Part shown: positions 45,790 through 62,534 of the stretch, piece after piece
Layout: each line of letters begins with the position of its first letter
Position numbering within the stretch: position 1 is the stretch's first letter
NCBI RefSeq assembly: GCF_030684315.1
Contig: NC_081404.1
Location: 18,109,140-18,173,139 of the forward strand
Source of the DNA: Stegostoma tigrinum
Lineage: Eukaryota
Length of the DNA stretch: 64,000 bases
Direction: 5' to 3'
The notes under the pieces: model-generated
Database searches by the model: none
Told to the model about the DNA's origin: nothing
The model's input: the letters and a program-made list of their open reading frames with translations, nothing else
Translations under genes and position numbers: made by a program

Positions 45790-48560
45790 AAGACCATAAA
45801 ATATAGGAGCAGAATTAGGCCATTTGGCCCATCAAATCTGCTCATCATTCAATCATGGCTGATACATTTCTCAACCTCATTCTCCTGCCTTCTCCCCATA
45901 ACTCTTGATCCTCTTGCTAACCAAGTACCTATCTACCTCTGTCTTAAATGCACTCAATGACTTGGCCTTTGTGTGGCAATGAGTCCCACAGATTCACCAC
46001 CCTCTGGTTGAAGAACTTCCTCCTCATCTCAGTTCTAAAGGGCCATCCCCTCGATCTGAGGCTGTGCCCTTGGGTCCCAGTCTCTCCTACTCATGGAAAC
46101 ATTTTTTTCATTCCCACTCTAGCCAGGCCCTCAGTATTCTGTAAGTTTCAACCAGATCCCCTCCACATCCTCCTAAACTCTATCAAGTACAGACCGAGAA
46201 CCCTCAACTGATCCTCATAATAACAAGCCCTTTATCCCCAGGATCATTCTTGTAAACCTCCTCTGGATTCCTTCCAATGCCAACACATTCTTCATCAGAT
46301 ATGAGGCCCAAAACCGCTCACAATATTCCAAATTTGATCTGACCTGAGCTTTATACAGCCTCAGCAGCATGCTCAGGCTCTTGTTCTAGCCCTCTTGAAT
46401 CTCGTCCTCTTAATACTAGCATTACATTTGGCTTCCTGATTGCCAACTGGGCCTGCTTGATAACCTTAAGAGAATCGTGAACGAGGACTCCTAAGTCCCT
46501 TTCAAGTGCTTCAGATTTCCAAAACCTTCCCCATCTGGAAAATAGTCTATGCCTCTATTCTTCCCACTGGAGTGCATAACCTCGCACATTCCCACATTGT
46601 ATTTCATCTGACACTTTTTTGCCCACTCTCCCAGCCTGCCCAAGTCCTCTGCAGCCTCCACACTTCCTCATCACTACCTGTCCCTCCACCTACCTTCGTG
46701 TCATCTGCAAACCAAGCAACAATACCCTCAGTTCTTTCATCCAGATCGTTAACGTATAATATGAATAGCAGTAGTCCCAATAATAACTCCTGTGGAACTG
46801 GCTGCCATCTTGAAAAAGACACCTTTATCCCCAATCTCACCTTCCTCCAGTCAACTATTTATGCCAGTATTTTGCCCTGAACACCAAGGGCTCGTCTTAT
46901 TTAGCAGCCTCCCTTACAGCACCTTGTTAAAAGCCTTCTGGAAATCCAAATAGATCATGTCCACTGGTTCTTTTGTCTAATTTGCTTGTTACCTCCTCAA
47001 AGAATTCAAACAGATTTGTCAGGCATGATCTTCCCTTGATGAAGCTATGCTGACTCCGCCCTATTTTACCATACACTTCGTATTCAACGATCACATACTT
47101 AATAACGGACTCTTAATGCTGCAACCGTACAAGACGCTGGTGCGGCCTCACTTGGAATATTGCGTGCAGTTCTGGTCGCCCCATTACAGGAAGGATGTGG
47201 AAGCATCGGAAAGGGTTCAGAGGAGATTTACCAGGACGTTGCCTGGTCTGGAGCGAAGGTCTTATGAAGAAAGGCTGAGGGACTTGGGTCTGTTCTCATT
47301 GGAGAGAGGCTAAGTGGGGATTTCATAGAAACATACAAGATGATCAGAGGATTCAATAGGGTGGACAGTGAGAGTCTTTTTCCTAGGATGATGACATTGG
47401 CTTGTATGAGAGGGCATAGCTGCAAATTGAGGGGTGGTAGATTTAAGATGGATGTCAGAGGCAGGTTCTTTACTCAGAGTGGTAAGGGCGTGGAATGCCC
47501 TGCCTGCCAATGTAGTTAACTCAGCCAGATTAGGGGCATTTAAACAGTCCTTGGATAAGCATATGGATGATGATGGGACAGTGTAGGGGGATGGGCTTAG
47601 ATTAGTTCACAGGCCGGCACAACATCGAGGGCCGAAGGGCCTGTTCTGCACTGTATTGTTCGATGTTATATGTTCTATAAAATGTTACCAATGACCGAGG
47701 TCAAGCTAACCAGCCTATAATTCCATGTCTTCTGCTTCTCTCCCTTCTAAAACCGGGGTGTTACATTCGCCATTTTCTAGTCCTCTGGTATCCTCCCTGA
47801 CTCCAGTGATTCTTGAAAGATCACCACCAATGCCTCCACAATCTTACCCAGCTGACTCCTTCAGAACTTTGGCATGTAGTCTACCTGGTCTGGATGATTA
47901 ATGTGCCTTCAGACCTTTCAGCTTCCCCAGAACTTTCTCTTCAGTGATGCACTCTGCCACCGGACTCCCTTGAAGTTCTGATATGCTGCTGGTGTCTCCC
48001 ACTGTGAAGACTGAAGCAAAATACCTATTCAGTTCCTGTCATTTCTTTGTCTCCCATTATCACTTCTCCAGTCTTATTTTCCAGCAGTTCAACAACCATT
48101 CTTGCATCTCTCTTACCTTTTTTTATGTGCCTAATCAAAAATTCCTACTTTTTTTTTATATTACTAGCTAGCTTAACCTCACACTTCATCTTCTCTCTCT
48201 CCTTATTGCTTTTTTTAGTTGTCCTCTGTTGGGTTTTAAAGTCTTCCTAACCCTCTGGTTTCCCACTAATCTTCATCACATTGTTTGCATTTTCATTTGC
48301 TTTTGTGCTATCCCTGACTTCCCTAGTCAGCCACACCCTCCATTGTCCTCCACTTAATATGTTAATATGTTTCTTCTTCCTTGGGAGGAGTTTTTGCTGT
48401 ACCTCCTAAATTATCCAGGATAGCCATTGCTGCTCCACCATCTTCTCTCCAAGGCTCCCTTCTAGTCAACTCTGGCCAGCTCCTCCCTCACATCTTTGTA
48501 GTTACCTTTACGCAATTGTAACATCATTATATTTGATTCCAGCTTCTCCCTCTCAACTGC
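45790..48560 (-). mobile_element. CR1-type LINE (about 2.2 kb) interrupted by an opposite-strand CR1 fragment
   Basis: LFILYVNDLDERTEGIVAWFADDTKVGG (RT FADD motif) on the minus strand. Confidence 0.85.
47114..47677 (+). mobile_element. Younger CR1 3' fragment nested in the minus-strand LINE
   Basis: [34 protein letters not shown]; tail atgttatatgttcta; the host sequence resumes after it. Confidence 0.85.
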
Positions 48561-48564
48561 AATA

Positions 48565-48975
48565 TCACAGATCAGCCCTTTGAGCATGCTCTGTCATTCA
48601 TCACGATCATGGCTGATCGTCCAACTCAATGGCCTAGTCCTGCTTTCTCCCCATAACCTTGGATCTCATTCACCCCAAGTGTTATATCTAGCTGCCTCTT
48701 AAATATGTTCAATGTTTTGGTATCAACTACTTCCTGTGGTAATGAATTCCATAGGCTTGCCACTCTTTGGGTGAAGAAATGTCTCATCTCCATTCTAAAT
48801 GGTCTACACCAAATCCTCAGACTGTGACCCTGGTTCTGGACACATCCACCATCAGGAACATCCTCCCTGTATCTACCCTGTCTAGTCCTGTAGATGCTGC
48901 TTGGCCTGCTGCGTTCATCCAGCTCTACACCTCGTTATCTCAGATTCTCCAGCATCGGCAGTTCCTACTATCTCT
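48565..48975. mobile_element. CR1 tail (-) fused to a complete Penelope terminus (+, 48892-48974)
   Basis: gatgctgcttggcctgctgcgttcatccagctctacacctcgttatctcagattctccagcatcggcagttcctactatctc. Confidence 0.7.
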
Positions 48976-49299
48976 TGCTCACATTTGTCTCCTTTTCCTC
49001 AAAACCTTAAAGCGCTGTCTCAAAAGGTTCAAAGGATCATATCGTACTGAAATCACACCAGCAGCTAAGGAGTTATTATGTCAGGTATCCAAAAGCTTGG
49101 TCAAAGGGATAAGTTTTAAGGAGCATCTTAAGTGAAGAAGGAGGAGGAGGTTTAAGGAGGGCTAGAATCAATTATCCTGTACCCTCTGACCCTACTTCCC
49201 CTGAAGAGTACATCCATAAACGCCAGGAAGATATATTAGCTAGCCTTCATATTTTGACAGATTATTTTCTTGCCCTGTCAGTAGCTGGCTTTAGCCAGC

Positions 49300-49990
49300 A
49301 GTGGGAGCTGTTTAAATTCCATCTTCACGTGATACGATTTCGAGAAGCTCTAGGCCGTACACCGAGAAGTTTGGTCCTGTTATCTTTCCGTTGGCTGGTT
49401 GAGGTCGGTCACCAGCGAGTCGGCGTTTCACGGACAAAGGTTTCTCTTTATCTGCCATCAAAAAAAAGTTTTAAAAAACCAACAAACTTACATACGCATC
49501 CGCAATTAGCAGATAGCTGGATGACTGAGGTTAGGCGCTCATGATCGGTGACGTGTGACCGGCAGCCAGGTTGATCAATCAGAAACGGAACTGTCCACGT
49601 GCGGTATCTTGAATGGACCAATCAGACGTGTGTGTCAAGGGCGGACCATACCCGAGATGCCGGTGTCGATAACAAAGTGTGGAGCTGGATGACAACAGCA
49701 GGCCAGGCAGCATCCCCCTTTTCTGATGAAGGGTCCAGGCCCGAAACGTCAGCTTTTGTGCACCTGAGATGCTGCTGGGCCTGCTGTGTTCATCCAGCTC
49801 CACACTTTGTTATGTCGGACCATACCTGGTTTTAATTGAAAACACGAGCGCTCTTAACATCGTAAGTTTGTGTTTTCAAATAAATCTGTTGGACTATAAC
49901 CCGATGTCGTGTGATTTCTGACTTTGTCTACTCTAGCCCAACACTGGCACCTCCATAACCATATTGTCAGGTTCGACGAAGCGTGTTTTG
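49300..49990. promoter_or_regulatory. CpG-rich region, probable EEF1AKMT3 promoter / non-coding exon 1
   Basis: CpG cluster with CACGTG E-boxes (about 49326 and 49596), TGACGTG (about 49549) and CCAAT (about 49618), 2 kb upstream of the acceptor at 51541. Confidence 0.55.
49653..49815. mobile_element. Palindromic Penelope mini-element with an intact + strand hammerhead, 11-bp TSD
   Basis: CGGACCATACC at 49642-49652 and 49816-49826; ctgatga-a-gggtccaggccc-gaaacgtc at 49723-49750. Confidence 0.85.
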
Positions 49991-50594
49991 GAGTAATGTT
50001 GCATGTGGTTTTTTTTTTATTCGTAGAGTCACAAACTATTGTAACACACTAGAGTTGTGATAGAAGTGCTCCAAAACGTATTTAAATGTATTAATGTGTT
50101 GCTCCGTGTTAGACAATGCAGAGTACTCGTTAACTGAAGAGACACTTGAAATTTTTCATCTTGCACTCTGCAAGAATGTCAAATTTCCAAGGGAAGAACA
50201 GTTTATACAGCATAAGAGAAGGGTTGTAGTTAGTTGTTCCCTGCTGTATTCTCCAAAGCTTGGAAATGTGAAGGTGGGGTCAATCGAGACATTCAAAAGG
50301 GCATTGGATGACCTGTCTAGATATAAGTAATGTTTGAACGTATAAGTAAAAAAGAGGAGATTGAAATTTGGTCATGATGCTTGTTTGAAGAGCTGGTGCA
50401 GGCACAAGGGGCTCAATGCCCTCCTATGCTGTAAGACTTCTGAATACCCTTCACAATCACAGTCCACATGCCAGCCAATTGGCACCATCTTCTCATGCAG
50501 TATAAATTGTTCTGATTTGAGGTTACAATTCTGTTCTGATGAATACAAGATGAAAAACTTTGACAGCCTATCTATTATTTTTCAGCAATATGAA

Positions 50595-51090
50595 TAAGAC
50601 CATAATATGTAGAATTAGGCTATTTGGCCTACTGAGTTTGCTGTGCCATTTGATTGTGGCTGAGATGTTTCTTAATGATGTTCTTCTGCCTTCTACCTGT
50701 AACTCTTTCCCCCCCCCCCCCCACCGCCCTGCCCTTACTAATCAAGAACTTCTCTATCTTAAATGTACTCAATGACTTGGCTTTCACAGCCTTCTGCGGC
50801 AATGACTTCTACAGATTTACTACCCTGTGGCTGAAGAAATTCTTCCTCATTTCAGTTCTAAAGGTCCTAGTGGAAACATCATCTCTATGTCTATTCTATC
50901 CAGGCCTGTCAGTATGCTGTAAGTTTCAATCCGATTTCCCCCTCATGCTTCTGAACTCCAAGTTCAGACCCAGAGTCCTCAACTGTTCCTCATCTGACAA
51001 GCCCTTCATTGTTGGGATTATTTTTGTAAGTTTCCTCTGGAACCCCTTCTGAGGCCAGCACATTCTTCCTTTTGATATGGAGCCCAAAAT
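50595..51090 (-). mobile_element. CR1-type LINE 3' fragment
   Basis: Closely parallels 45790-46320. Confidence 0.8.
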
Positions 51091-51600
51091 ATGTGCACAT
51101 TTTTCTAAATCAAAACATGATTGGTGTACTAAAGCAATAGTTTATGAGCTCTTGAAGAGCTATCCTGCTAACAACATATTGCAGTTACTGTGCATCTAAT
51201 ATACTTCAAGATCTCTTGATTCTTTCTTTAAAAAAAAGTTATTTCTGACTTAATTCTCCTGGCCTCACTCAGGTAGGAGCTAGAAATTTATATGCAGCTA
51301 CTAATCCACAGATGTTTCTTCTTTTAAATTCTGACTGCTTCAGAACAGCTTGTTTAGATGTTTTGACTGCTTAGAGCACCCAAGTAGTGGCCTGAACCAT
51401 GTTGGTAATGTAGCAACTAAACACATCCACATCAATCCCTATTGTGTTACACATGGGATCATGTTGAATGTTTTAAAATCTGTATCCCTTCCAAAATGAA
51501 TTGTTATATGTTTATATTTTGCCTGTTTTACATTTTACAGAATAAAACACAACTTGGAACAAATTCATCCTGCAATTGGTGTGGAGGCAAGGGAGACTGA

Positions 51601-55550
<3,950 letters not shown>

Positions 55551-57328
55551 CCAAGAGAAATCTATCATTTTAATATGACAGTCAAGATGAGGCAGACCTT
55601 CTGTGGGTGACCCATGTAGTACTTGTTTTGAAGAATTTTCTGTCTTGTGATAAGAATATTTCTAATTTTCTTTTTGACTTCCTTGAAAATCTGTTTAGTT
55701 CTTGAAGTTGGTAGCATATCCTAGGATGCAGTTCAATGTATTTCACTGATAATCTGTTTCATTGACAACTTAGCTAAATGGCTACTTTTCACATCAGCTG
55801 CAAGAGTTTAATGGGCCATTTTACCGTTTAGGACACGACAACCAAGGCCCATGCTGTTCGACCATCTATGGCTTGTTGTTTCTCCATCTCCAACCCCATC
55901 CTTGGTCCAAGGGGACTGAAATCACTGGGAAGAGTTGCTGGTGCCTCTTTGGCTGAGAACCTCGCTGTAGTAATTCAGTGAGCTGTCAGATGTGGTTTTT
56001 TTTTTTTGAACAAATATAATGGTTTTGTTTAAGCAGTAAGAAATTATTGAGAGAGTGAATTTGTGGAGAGACAAGGACAGCTGAACAAACGCAGACAGCT
56101 GAAATAACATGTTTGATTATTATCTGCCTGCTGTTATTTACTCAACTTTCTCACAGTTGCACTTCAGCAGAGAGCAACACTGGCACTATACAAAATATAT
56201 CAACAAAAATAAGCATAAAACTGATTTCTCTGCCTGTAGCTAGGGTGCCAGTTTGGGACATCCATGTGGAAGGGGTGCCCTCCAAAACCTCAGTTAAGTT
56301 GGCAGCATTAATATGTGGACAGTATAGCTCAGGTGGTTTGATAAAGGGGAGATGTTCAGAATGAAGCCTGAAGCTGTACTTACCTGACATGTCTTTGTGT
56401 GCGCACACACACGCACGCACGCACGATCAGGAGCAGGGACTCTCTCTTCCCTCATCCCAACCAATAAATACTGAGGCCAAATGTAATGTTGCCATTGCTG
56501 CCTAGGTTGACTCCATATTAACACTTGTTTAATGTACTTAACATTTCAGTAAAGTATTAATCTTGGTATTCTTAGAATAGAAACTCCATGGAAAACTCAC
56601 TGAACGATCTGAGAGCTAACATTGATAATAATTATGTAGATGTTACTATCTTTCTGATTGAAGTAAGATACATTTTGGATGAAGAAAACAACAAAATTAT
56701 GTACATTGAAATTATGCTGCAGTGAGGAATGTTAGTGCTGGACAAAAGAATATTTTTCCATACTTGGTATTGAATGGTTATCTTTATTCAACACATGCTA
56801 TGGACCTTGGATCTTCACTGGCAGCTCACCTTCAAAGAATCAACTGCATGGTGTTGACTTTGCATGTCTTTCAATACAGTAACAATGTGTCTTAAATCAT
56901 GGCACAGGCAAGCATCCTTAACTCACTAGCCTGACTTTTCCTCAGCTTTAAAGTGTAATTCATGCCATAGACTTTCACTGGATCTACAATAAATGGATCA
57001 TGGACGTGCCCAAATTCATTTCACAGACATCTATTGGAAGGACTACTTATTACACCATTCTGTGTTGAATTTAAACCAGGTTAGCTGAAAGACCAACTGC
57101 ACGAAGCCATGCTACCCAACTCACACTTGCCAAAAATAATTATATTTATGATTACATTTATGGAAATTTTTTCAGTTGTTTTTCAAACATAAATAGTTCC
57201 TCAAAACTGAACATAATATTGAAGAAAAGTGCCTCCAAACCAACTGTGCCTGTTTGGCTGTACTGTGTGTCAGCATTTTGTGTAGCTGTGTTACCAAGTT
57301 TCTGTATGCTGACCACTTTGTGTTTACA

Positions 57329-57560
57329 GACATAGTAGGAACTGCCGATGAATTCTGAAAATCTGAGATAAAATGGTGTGAAGCTGGATGAACAGAGCAG
57401 GCCAAGCAGCATCAGAGGAGCAGGAAAGTTTGATGGTTTAGGTCGAGACCCTGCTTCATACTTTTCTAAAGAAGGGTCTCGACCCGAAACGTCAAACTTT
57501 CCTGCTCCTCTGATGCTGCTTGGCCTGCTGTGTTCATCTAGTTCTACACTGTTTTATCTC
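57329..57560. mobile_element. Palindromic Penelope mini-element, hammerhead cores mutated
   Basis: Arms at about 57365-57451 and 57474-57560; ctaaagaagggtctcgacccgaaacgtc; flanking repeat CACTTTGTGTT at 57314 and 57560. Confidence 0.8.
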
Positions 57561-58156
57561 ACTTTGTGTTATATTTGCTTTAACTCCCAAGCTAAGAGAA
57601 TTGTATTGCAATTGCCAAAGAGAAACAGACACCGAAGGAATTATCACTATTCTGAAACTTGGTCAGTAGTTTTATTCTGTAAAATGCAACCAAACTGTTC
57701 ATAAAGACAAAATATTTCAAACACCTTGTCATTTTGTTAAATTGAAAGAACAAACATGTATTTCTGCAGTGCCTTTCATATTAAGATATCCCAAAAGGTT
57801 TCACTGTCAATGAGGCACTTCAACAGTCTAGTCACTGTTGCTACAAAAGTGCTATGTCTTGCTAAGCAAGGTTCAACAGATGCCAGAAAACCTCTGATAC
57901 CTTACCCAAGTAGTCATTCACGTGAGATGAGACAGACCATTTGACTTTAGAAGGCATCCGATATTGATGTTTTGTCTTTCCTCTCTAGCTAATAAGCGCT
58001 GAGGAAAATTATAGTGTCATTCTACCTTAGGTAATATTTGCTACTACAGCAGAGGCTTGGGATCAAGCCTAGGACCATCTGATCTATGTAGCTAAATTCC
58101 AAATTGATCACATAAGTTTCACAAGAAAATTGCAAATGAGAAAGTTCACTTTCTTA

Positions 58157-59750
58157 TTCACTCTTGAGATGTGAGCAAAGTTAGCTGGCCAGCATTTTTA
58201 TTGCCCATCTCTAATTGCCCTTGAGAAGGTGGTGATAAGCTGCCTTCTTGAATCACTGCAGTCCACCTGTGGGTTGACCCACAATGCCCTTGGGGGGGGG
58301 GGAGAGTAATTCCAGGGTTTTCACCCACCGACACTGAAGGAACAGTGATGTATTTCCAAGTCAGGATGGTGGGTGGCTTGATCAGGAACTTGAAGGTGGT
58401 AGTGTTTCTGTATATCTGCTGCCCTTGTCCTTCTAATTGGAACTGGTCATGTATTTGGGAGGTACTGGCTACGGATCTTTGCTGAATTTCTATAGTGTAT
58501 CTTTTCGATAGTACACACTGCTGCTCCTGAACGTTGGTGGTGAAAGAAGTGAATGTATGTGAATGAGGGGCTAACCAGGTGGGCTGCTTTGTCCTGGATG
58601 GTGTCAAGCTTCTTGAGTGTTGTTGGAGGTGCACCCATTCAGGCAAGTGGAGAGTATTCCATTACACTCCTGACTTACGCCTTGCAGATGGTGGGCAGAC
58701 TTTGGAGAGTCAGGTGATGAGTTACTCACTGCAATATTCCTAGCATCTGACCTGCTTTTGTAGCCACAATGTTTATGTGGCGAGTCAAGTTGAGTTTCTG
58801 GTCAATGGTAAACCCAAGGATGTTCATTGATCATTACACAGTTGAATGTCAAGGGTTGGTGATTAGATTATTTTTATTGGTGATGGTCATTGCATGAGAT
58901 TTGTGTGGCATGAATGTGACTTGCCACTTATCATTCCCAAGCCTGGATATTGTCCAGATCTTGTTCCATTTGAACATGGACCGCTTCAACATCTGAGCAG
59001 TTGAAAATAGTGCTGAATGTTGTGCAATCATTGGTGAACGTCCCCACTTCTGACGTTATGATGGAGCGAAGGTCATCGATGAAGCAGCTGAAGATGGTCG
59101 GGCACAGGACACTACCCTGACTTATACCTGTGCCAGGTGTGACTCCAACTAGTGGAGAGTTTTCTCCTGATATCCATTGATTCAAATTTTGCTATGGCTC
59201 CTTGATGCCACACTCAGTCAAATGCAGCATTGATGTCAAGGGCTCTCACTCTGACTTCACCTCTGGAATTCAAGTCTTTTGTCCGTATTTGAACCAAGGC
59301 TGTATGAGGTCAGGAGCTGAGTGACCCTGGTGGAACCCAAATTGGGCATCATTGAGCAGTTGTGCTTGATAGCACTGTTACTGACACCTTCCATCACTTT
59401 ACTGATGATCGAGAGTAGACTGATAAAGTGGTAATTGGCCAGGTCGGATTTGTCCTGCTTTTTGTGTATAGGACATACCTGGGCAATTTTCCACTTTGTC
59501 AGGTAGATGCCAGTGTTGTAATTGTGCTGAAAGATCTTGGCAAGGAAAGTGGCAAGTTCTGGAGTACAAGTCTTTAGTACTATTGCTGGAATGTTGTTAG
59601 GGCCCATAGCCTTTACACTATTAAGTGCTTCCATCCACTTTTTGATATCATATGGAGTGATTTGAATTGGTTGAAGACTAGTATCTGTAATAATGGGAGG
59701 AGGCCAAGATGAATCATCCACTTCGGCACTTCTTGCTGGAGATTGAAGAT
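58157..59750 (-). mobile_element. CR1/L2-group LINE RT fragment with 3' tail
   Basis: KAMGPNNIPAIVLKTCTPEL...WKIAQVCPIHKKQDKSDLANYHFISLLSIISKVMEG; ISQGSVLCPTIFSCFIDDL; frameshifted. Confidence 0.85.
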
Positions 59751-60550
59751 TTGGCCCATATTGGTCTGTTAGAAATAGAAGAGGAAACCATCTTTTATAT
59801 CGTTATCATGTGTTACAGATTACTTTATTGCCTACAATTTTCTTTCCTTTTCTCAAAGCTGCTAATTGATATACGCACACAGCAGCCAATTTATGCACAG
59901 AAAGCTCTCACAATGGATACATGATTAGTTCATCTGTTTTTGGTAGTGTTGGTTGAGGAAGGCATGTTGGCTAGGATAAACAGCACCCACAGATATTTTG
60001 TTTTTAAGCCCACAAACGCATGGGGATGTTCATTTAGCACCCCCACTGCAAAGACATCACCTGGAGGTGTCAGCCTAGGCTATAGGCTCAAGTCTCTGCT
60101 GGGAGATCTCATAGAAACCTATAAAATTCTAATGGGACTAGACAAATGCAGAAATAATGTTCCTGATGATGGGAGGATCCAGAACCAGGAGTTGTAGTCT
60201 AAGAATACAGAGTAGACCACAGGATTGAGATGAGAAGTAATTTCTTCACCCAGAGCCTGTGGAATTCAAAAGAAAGCAGTCAAGGCCAAAACATTGTATG
60301 ATTTGACAGAGTTGGATATAGCACTTGAGTTAAAGGGATCAAAAGATAAGGGGTGAAATGGGAAAAGCCTATTGAGGTAGAGAATCAGCCATGATCATAA
60401 ATGAGTGGTGAAACAGGCCCGAAGGGCTTACTACTTTTTTCTGTGTTTCTATGACTCCAACCATGGTCTAATTTTGAAACTTGAATCCTGCATTCAGTTA
60501 AACAATGCTTCTGCTTTCGAAAATATTTCTTGAACAGTTGGAGAGACACT

Positions 60551-60803
60551 GAACAAAAACAAAGTTGCTGGAAAAGCTCAGCAGGTCTGGCAACATCTGT
60601 GATGGAGAAAACAAGAGTTAACGTTTCAGGTCGGGTGACCCTTCCTCACAACTGAACGGTTGAACGCAGTACGAAGAAGGGTCACCCGACCTGAAACGTT
60701 AACTCTTTTTTTTTCCTTCACAGATGTTGCCAGACCTGCTGAGCTTTTCCAGCAACTTTGTTTTTGTTCCTGATTTACGGCATCTGCAGTTCTTTTGTTT
60801 TTA
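60551..60803. mobile_element. Palindromic Penelope mini-element (ggtcac..gacc subfamily)
   Basis: Arms gaacaaaaacaaagttgctgg...gacccttc and gaagggtc...ccagcaactttgtttttgttc, plus the extension gcatctgcagttc. Confidence 0.85.
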
Positions 60804-61330
60804 TTTGGACACCGAAGTTGTGTATCAGTCACCTGCTTCAGCCACCAGTGGGCGCCATCAGAAACTTTGAGCTGCAGAGCAACCTTCAAAGTAGTTTGTT
60901 CTTGGTTCGTTCTCCTGAACAGGCGCAACTTGTAGTTTGTTCTTGCTGGCTTTGGTAACGCTTTGTTCGTAACGCTGACCCTCTCAGAATGCGCAGCACC
61001 ATGGCCGCCTTCTACGCTTTGCGGAGCACTCGGATCGATGTCTCCAAGGTAGAGCGAAACCCTTCTCATTCTGTTCCTGATCGTTTTTTTTTTCGGGTTT
61101 TAAAGTACCAATGGATAGGCTTTCGAAGGCCGCAGTTTGTGCGGGGGTAGTCTAACATGCTGGGATTGATTGATTGGCAAGCAGATTGACCAATCGAAAG
61201 AGGCGGTTTGGGAGCGTCTGTTGTTTCTGTGAGATTTAGATGTGAGCCCACCCTCCGCCAGCAAGTTCGGTTGAACCTTTGCCGCATGATGTTTGAATGG
61301 GAGGAGCATGTAGAACTAACCTCTGATCGC
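60800..61330. promoter_or_regulatory. CpG-rich promoter / first-exon region
   Basis: Local CpG enrichment; TGCGCA at about 60990; CCAAT/ATTGG boxes at about 61165-61195. Confidence 0.55.
61001..61048 (+). CDS. TSFM: Probable first coding exon of mitochondrial elongation factor Ts (the rest is not identified in the window)
   Basis: Strong Kozak accATGG in a CpG-rich patch; MAAFYALRSTRIDVSK followed by a phase-0 donor AAG|GTAGAG. An in-frame ATG also lies at 60989. The identity rests on synteny (TSFM follows EEF1AKMT3 in human), not on sequence similarity. Confidence 0.5.
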
Positions 61331-62534
61331 TGAAAATTATTTAGCTAAGCATTTACTTTACGATTTCAACACAAAAATAGAAGATGGTAGAACAGTTAAA
61401 CAATTGACAAAAAATCCAGTAGGATTAGAAAATTAGCAGCAAATTGGAATAATCTGCCAGTCAAGGGCAGTGGGCTCAGTTGTAACTTTAAAACTGGAAT
61501 TGGATATATAAATGATGAAATCGCAGAGCAGGCATGGGAAGAGCGGGGGAATGTACTTTGAAAGAACTGCCACGGATACTGAGCAAATGGCCTTGTTTTA
61601 TAATTTTCAAAATTTTAATCATGGGATGAGATGTGCCAGTATTTATTGCCCCATCCCTAGTTGCCCTTTGGGAAGGTGATGGTGAACTGCCTTCTTGAAT
61701 CACTGCCGTCCATGTGATGTAGACTGACCCACAATGCCCCTAGGGAGGCAATTCCAGGATTTTGACCAAGTCAGGATGGTGAGTGGCTCAGATGGGAACT
61801 TGCAGGGGATGGTGTTCCTATGTATCAGCTGCCCTTGACCTTCTTGTTGGAAATGGTTGTGGGTTTGGGTGGTGCTGTCTAAGGGATCTTGGTGAATGCT
61901 TCCCAAATGTTTTCCCTCTGTGACCCCATTTTTAGTCTTGAAAGTTGATGTGACCTCTCAGTAAGACCTGTTAGAGCGAATGGACAGCTGTACAGTTGTT
62001 ATTAATTCGCCAGAGCTCCATGGTATCTATTGCTGCTTCAGAGCTCACAAACCTACTTATGGTCCCAGTCCCTCACTTTGAGAAGCCCTGCTGTAGATGG
62101 TACACATTGCTAGCACAGTGTGTTGATGATGGAGGGAGTGGATGCTGAAGGCAGTGAGTGGGGTGCCAATCAAGCAGGCTGCCTTGCCCTGAATGGCACC
62201 AAGAAGCTGCACCCTCCCAGTGGACAGGGTTCTATGACATTCCCGACTTGTGCCTTGTAGATGGTGGATAGGCTTTGGGGGGAGTCAGCTGGTGAATCAT
62301 TCACTGCAGGATTCAAAATGCTGGAACTCCCTTCACATTGTGGGGGTCCCAACTCGACATGAACTGCAGTGGTCAAGAAGATAGCTCATCATCTTCAGGG
62401 CAACTAAAATTGGGTAGTAAATGCTGGCATAGCCAGCACCACCCACATCCCATGACTTATTTTTTTAAAAAAAGCTCCTGTAGTGATGTCCTAGGATTAA
62501 GATGACTGACCTCCAAAATTGACAATCTATTTTG

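Noticed and set aside
49862-49867. GTAAGT as the donor of EEF1AKMT3 non-coding exon 1
   Set aside because: It lies within a Penelope terminus remnant (compare 20580-20690). It may be exapted, but the sequence alone cannot support it as a feature.
60626-61309. Minus-strand ORFs over the TSFM-like promoter
   Set aside because: They are built partly from repeat sequence in a GC-rich patch and show no recognisable protein motif.
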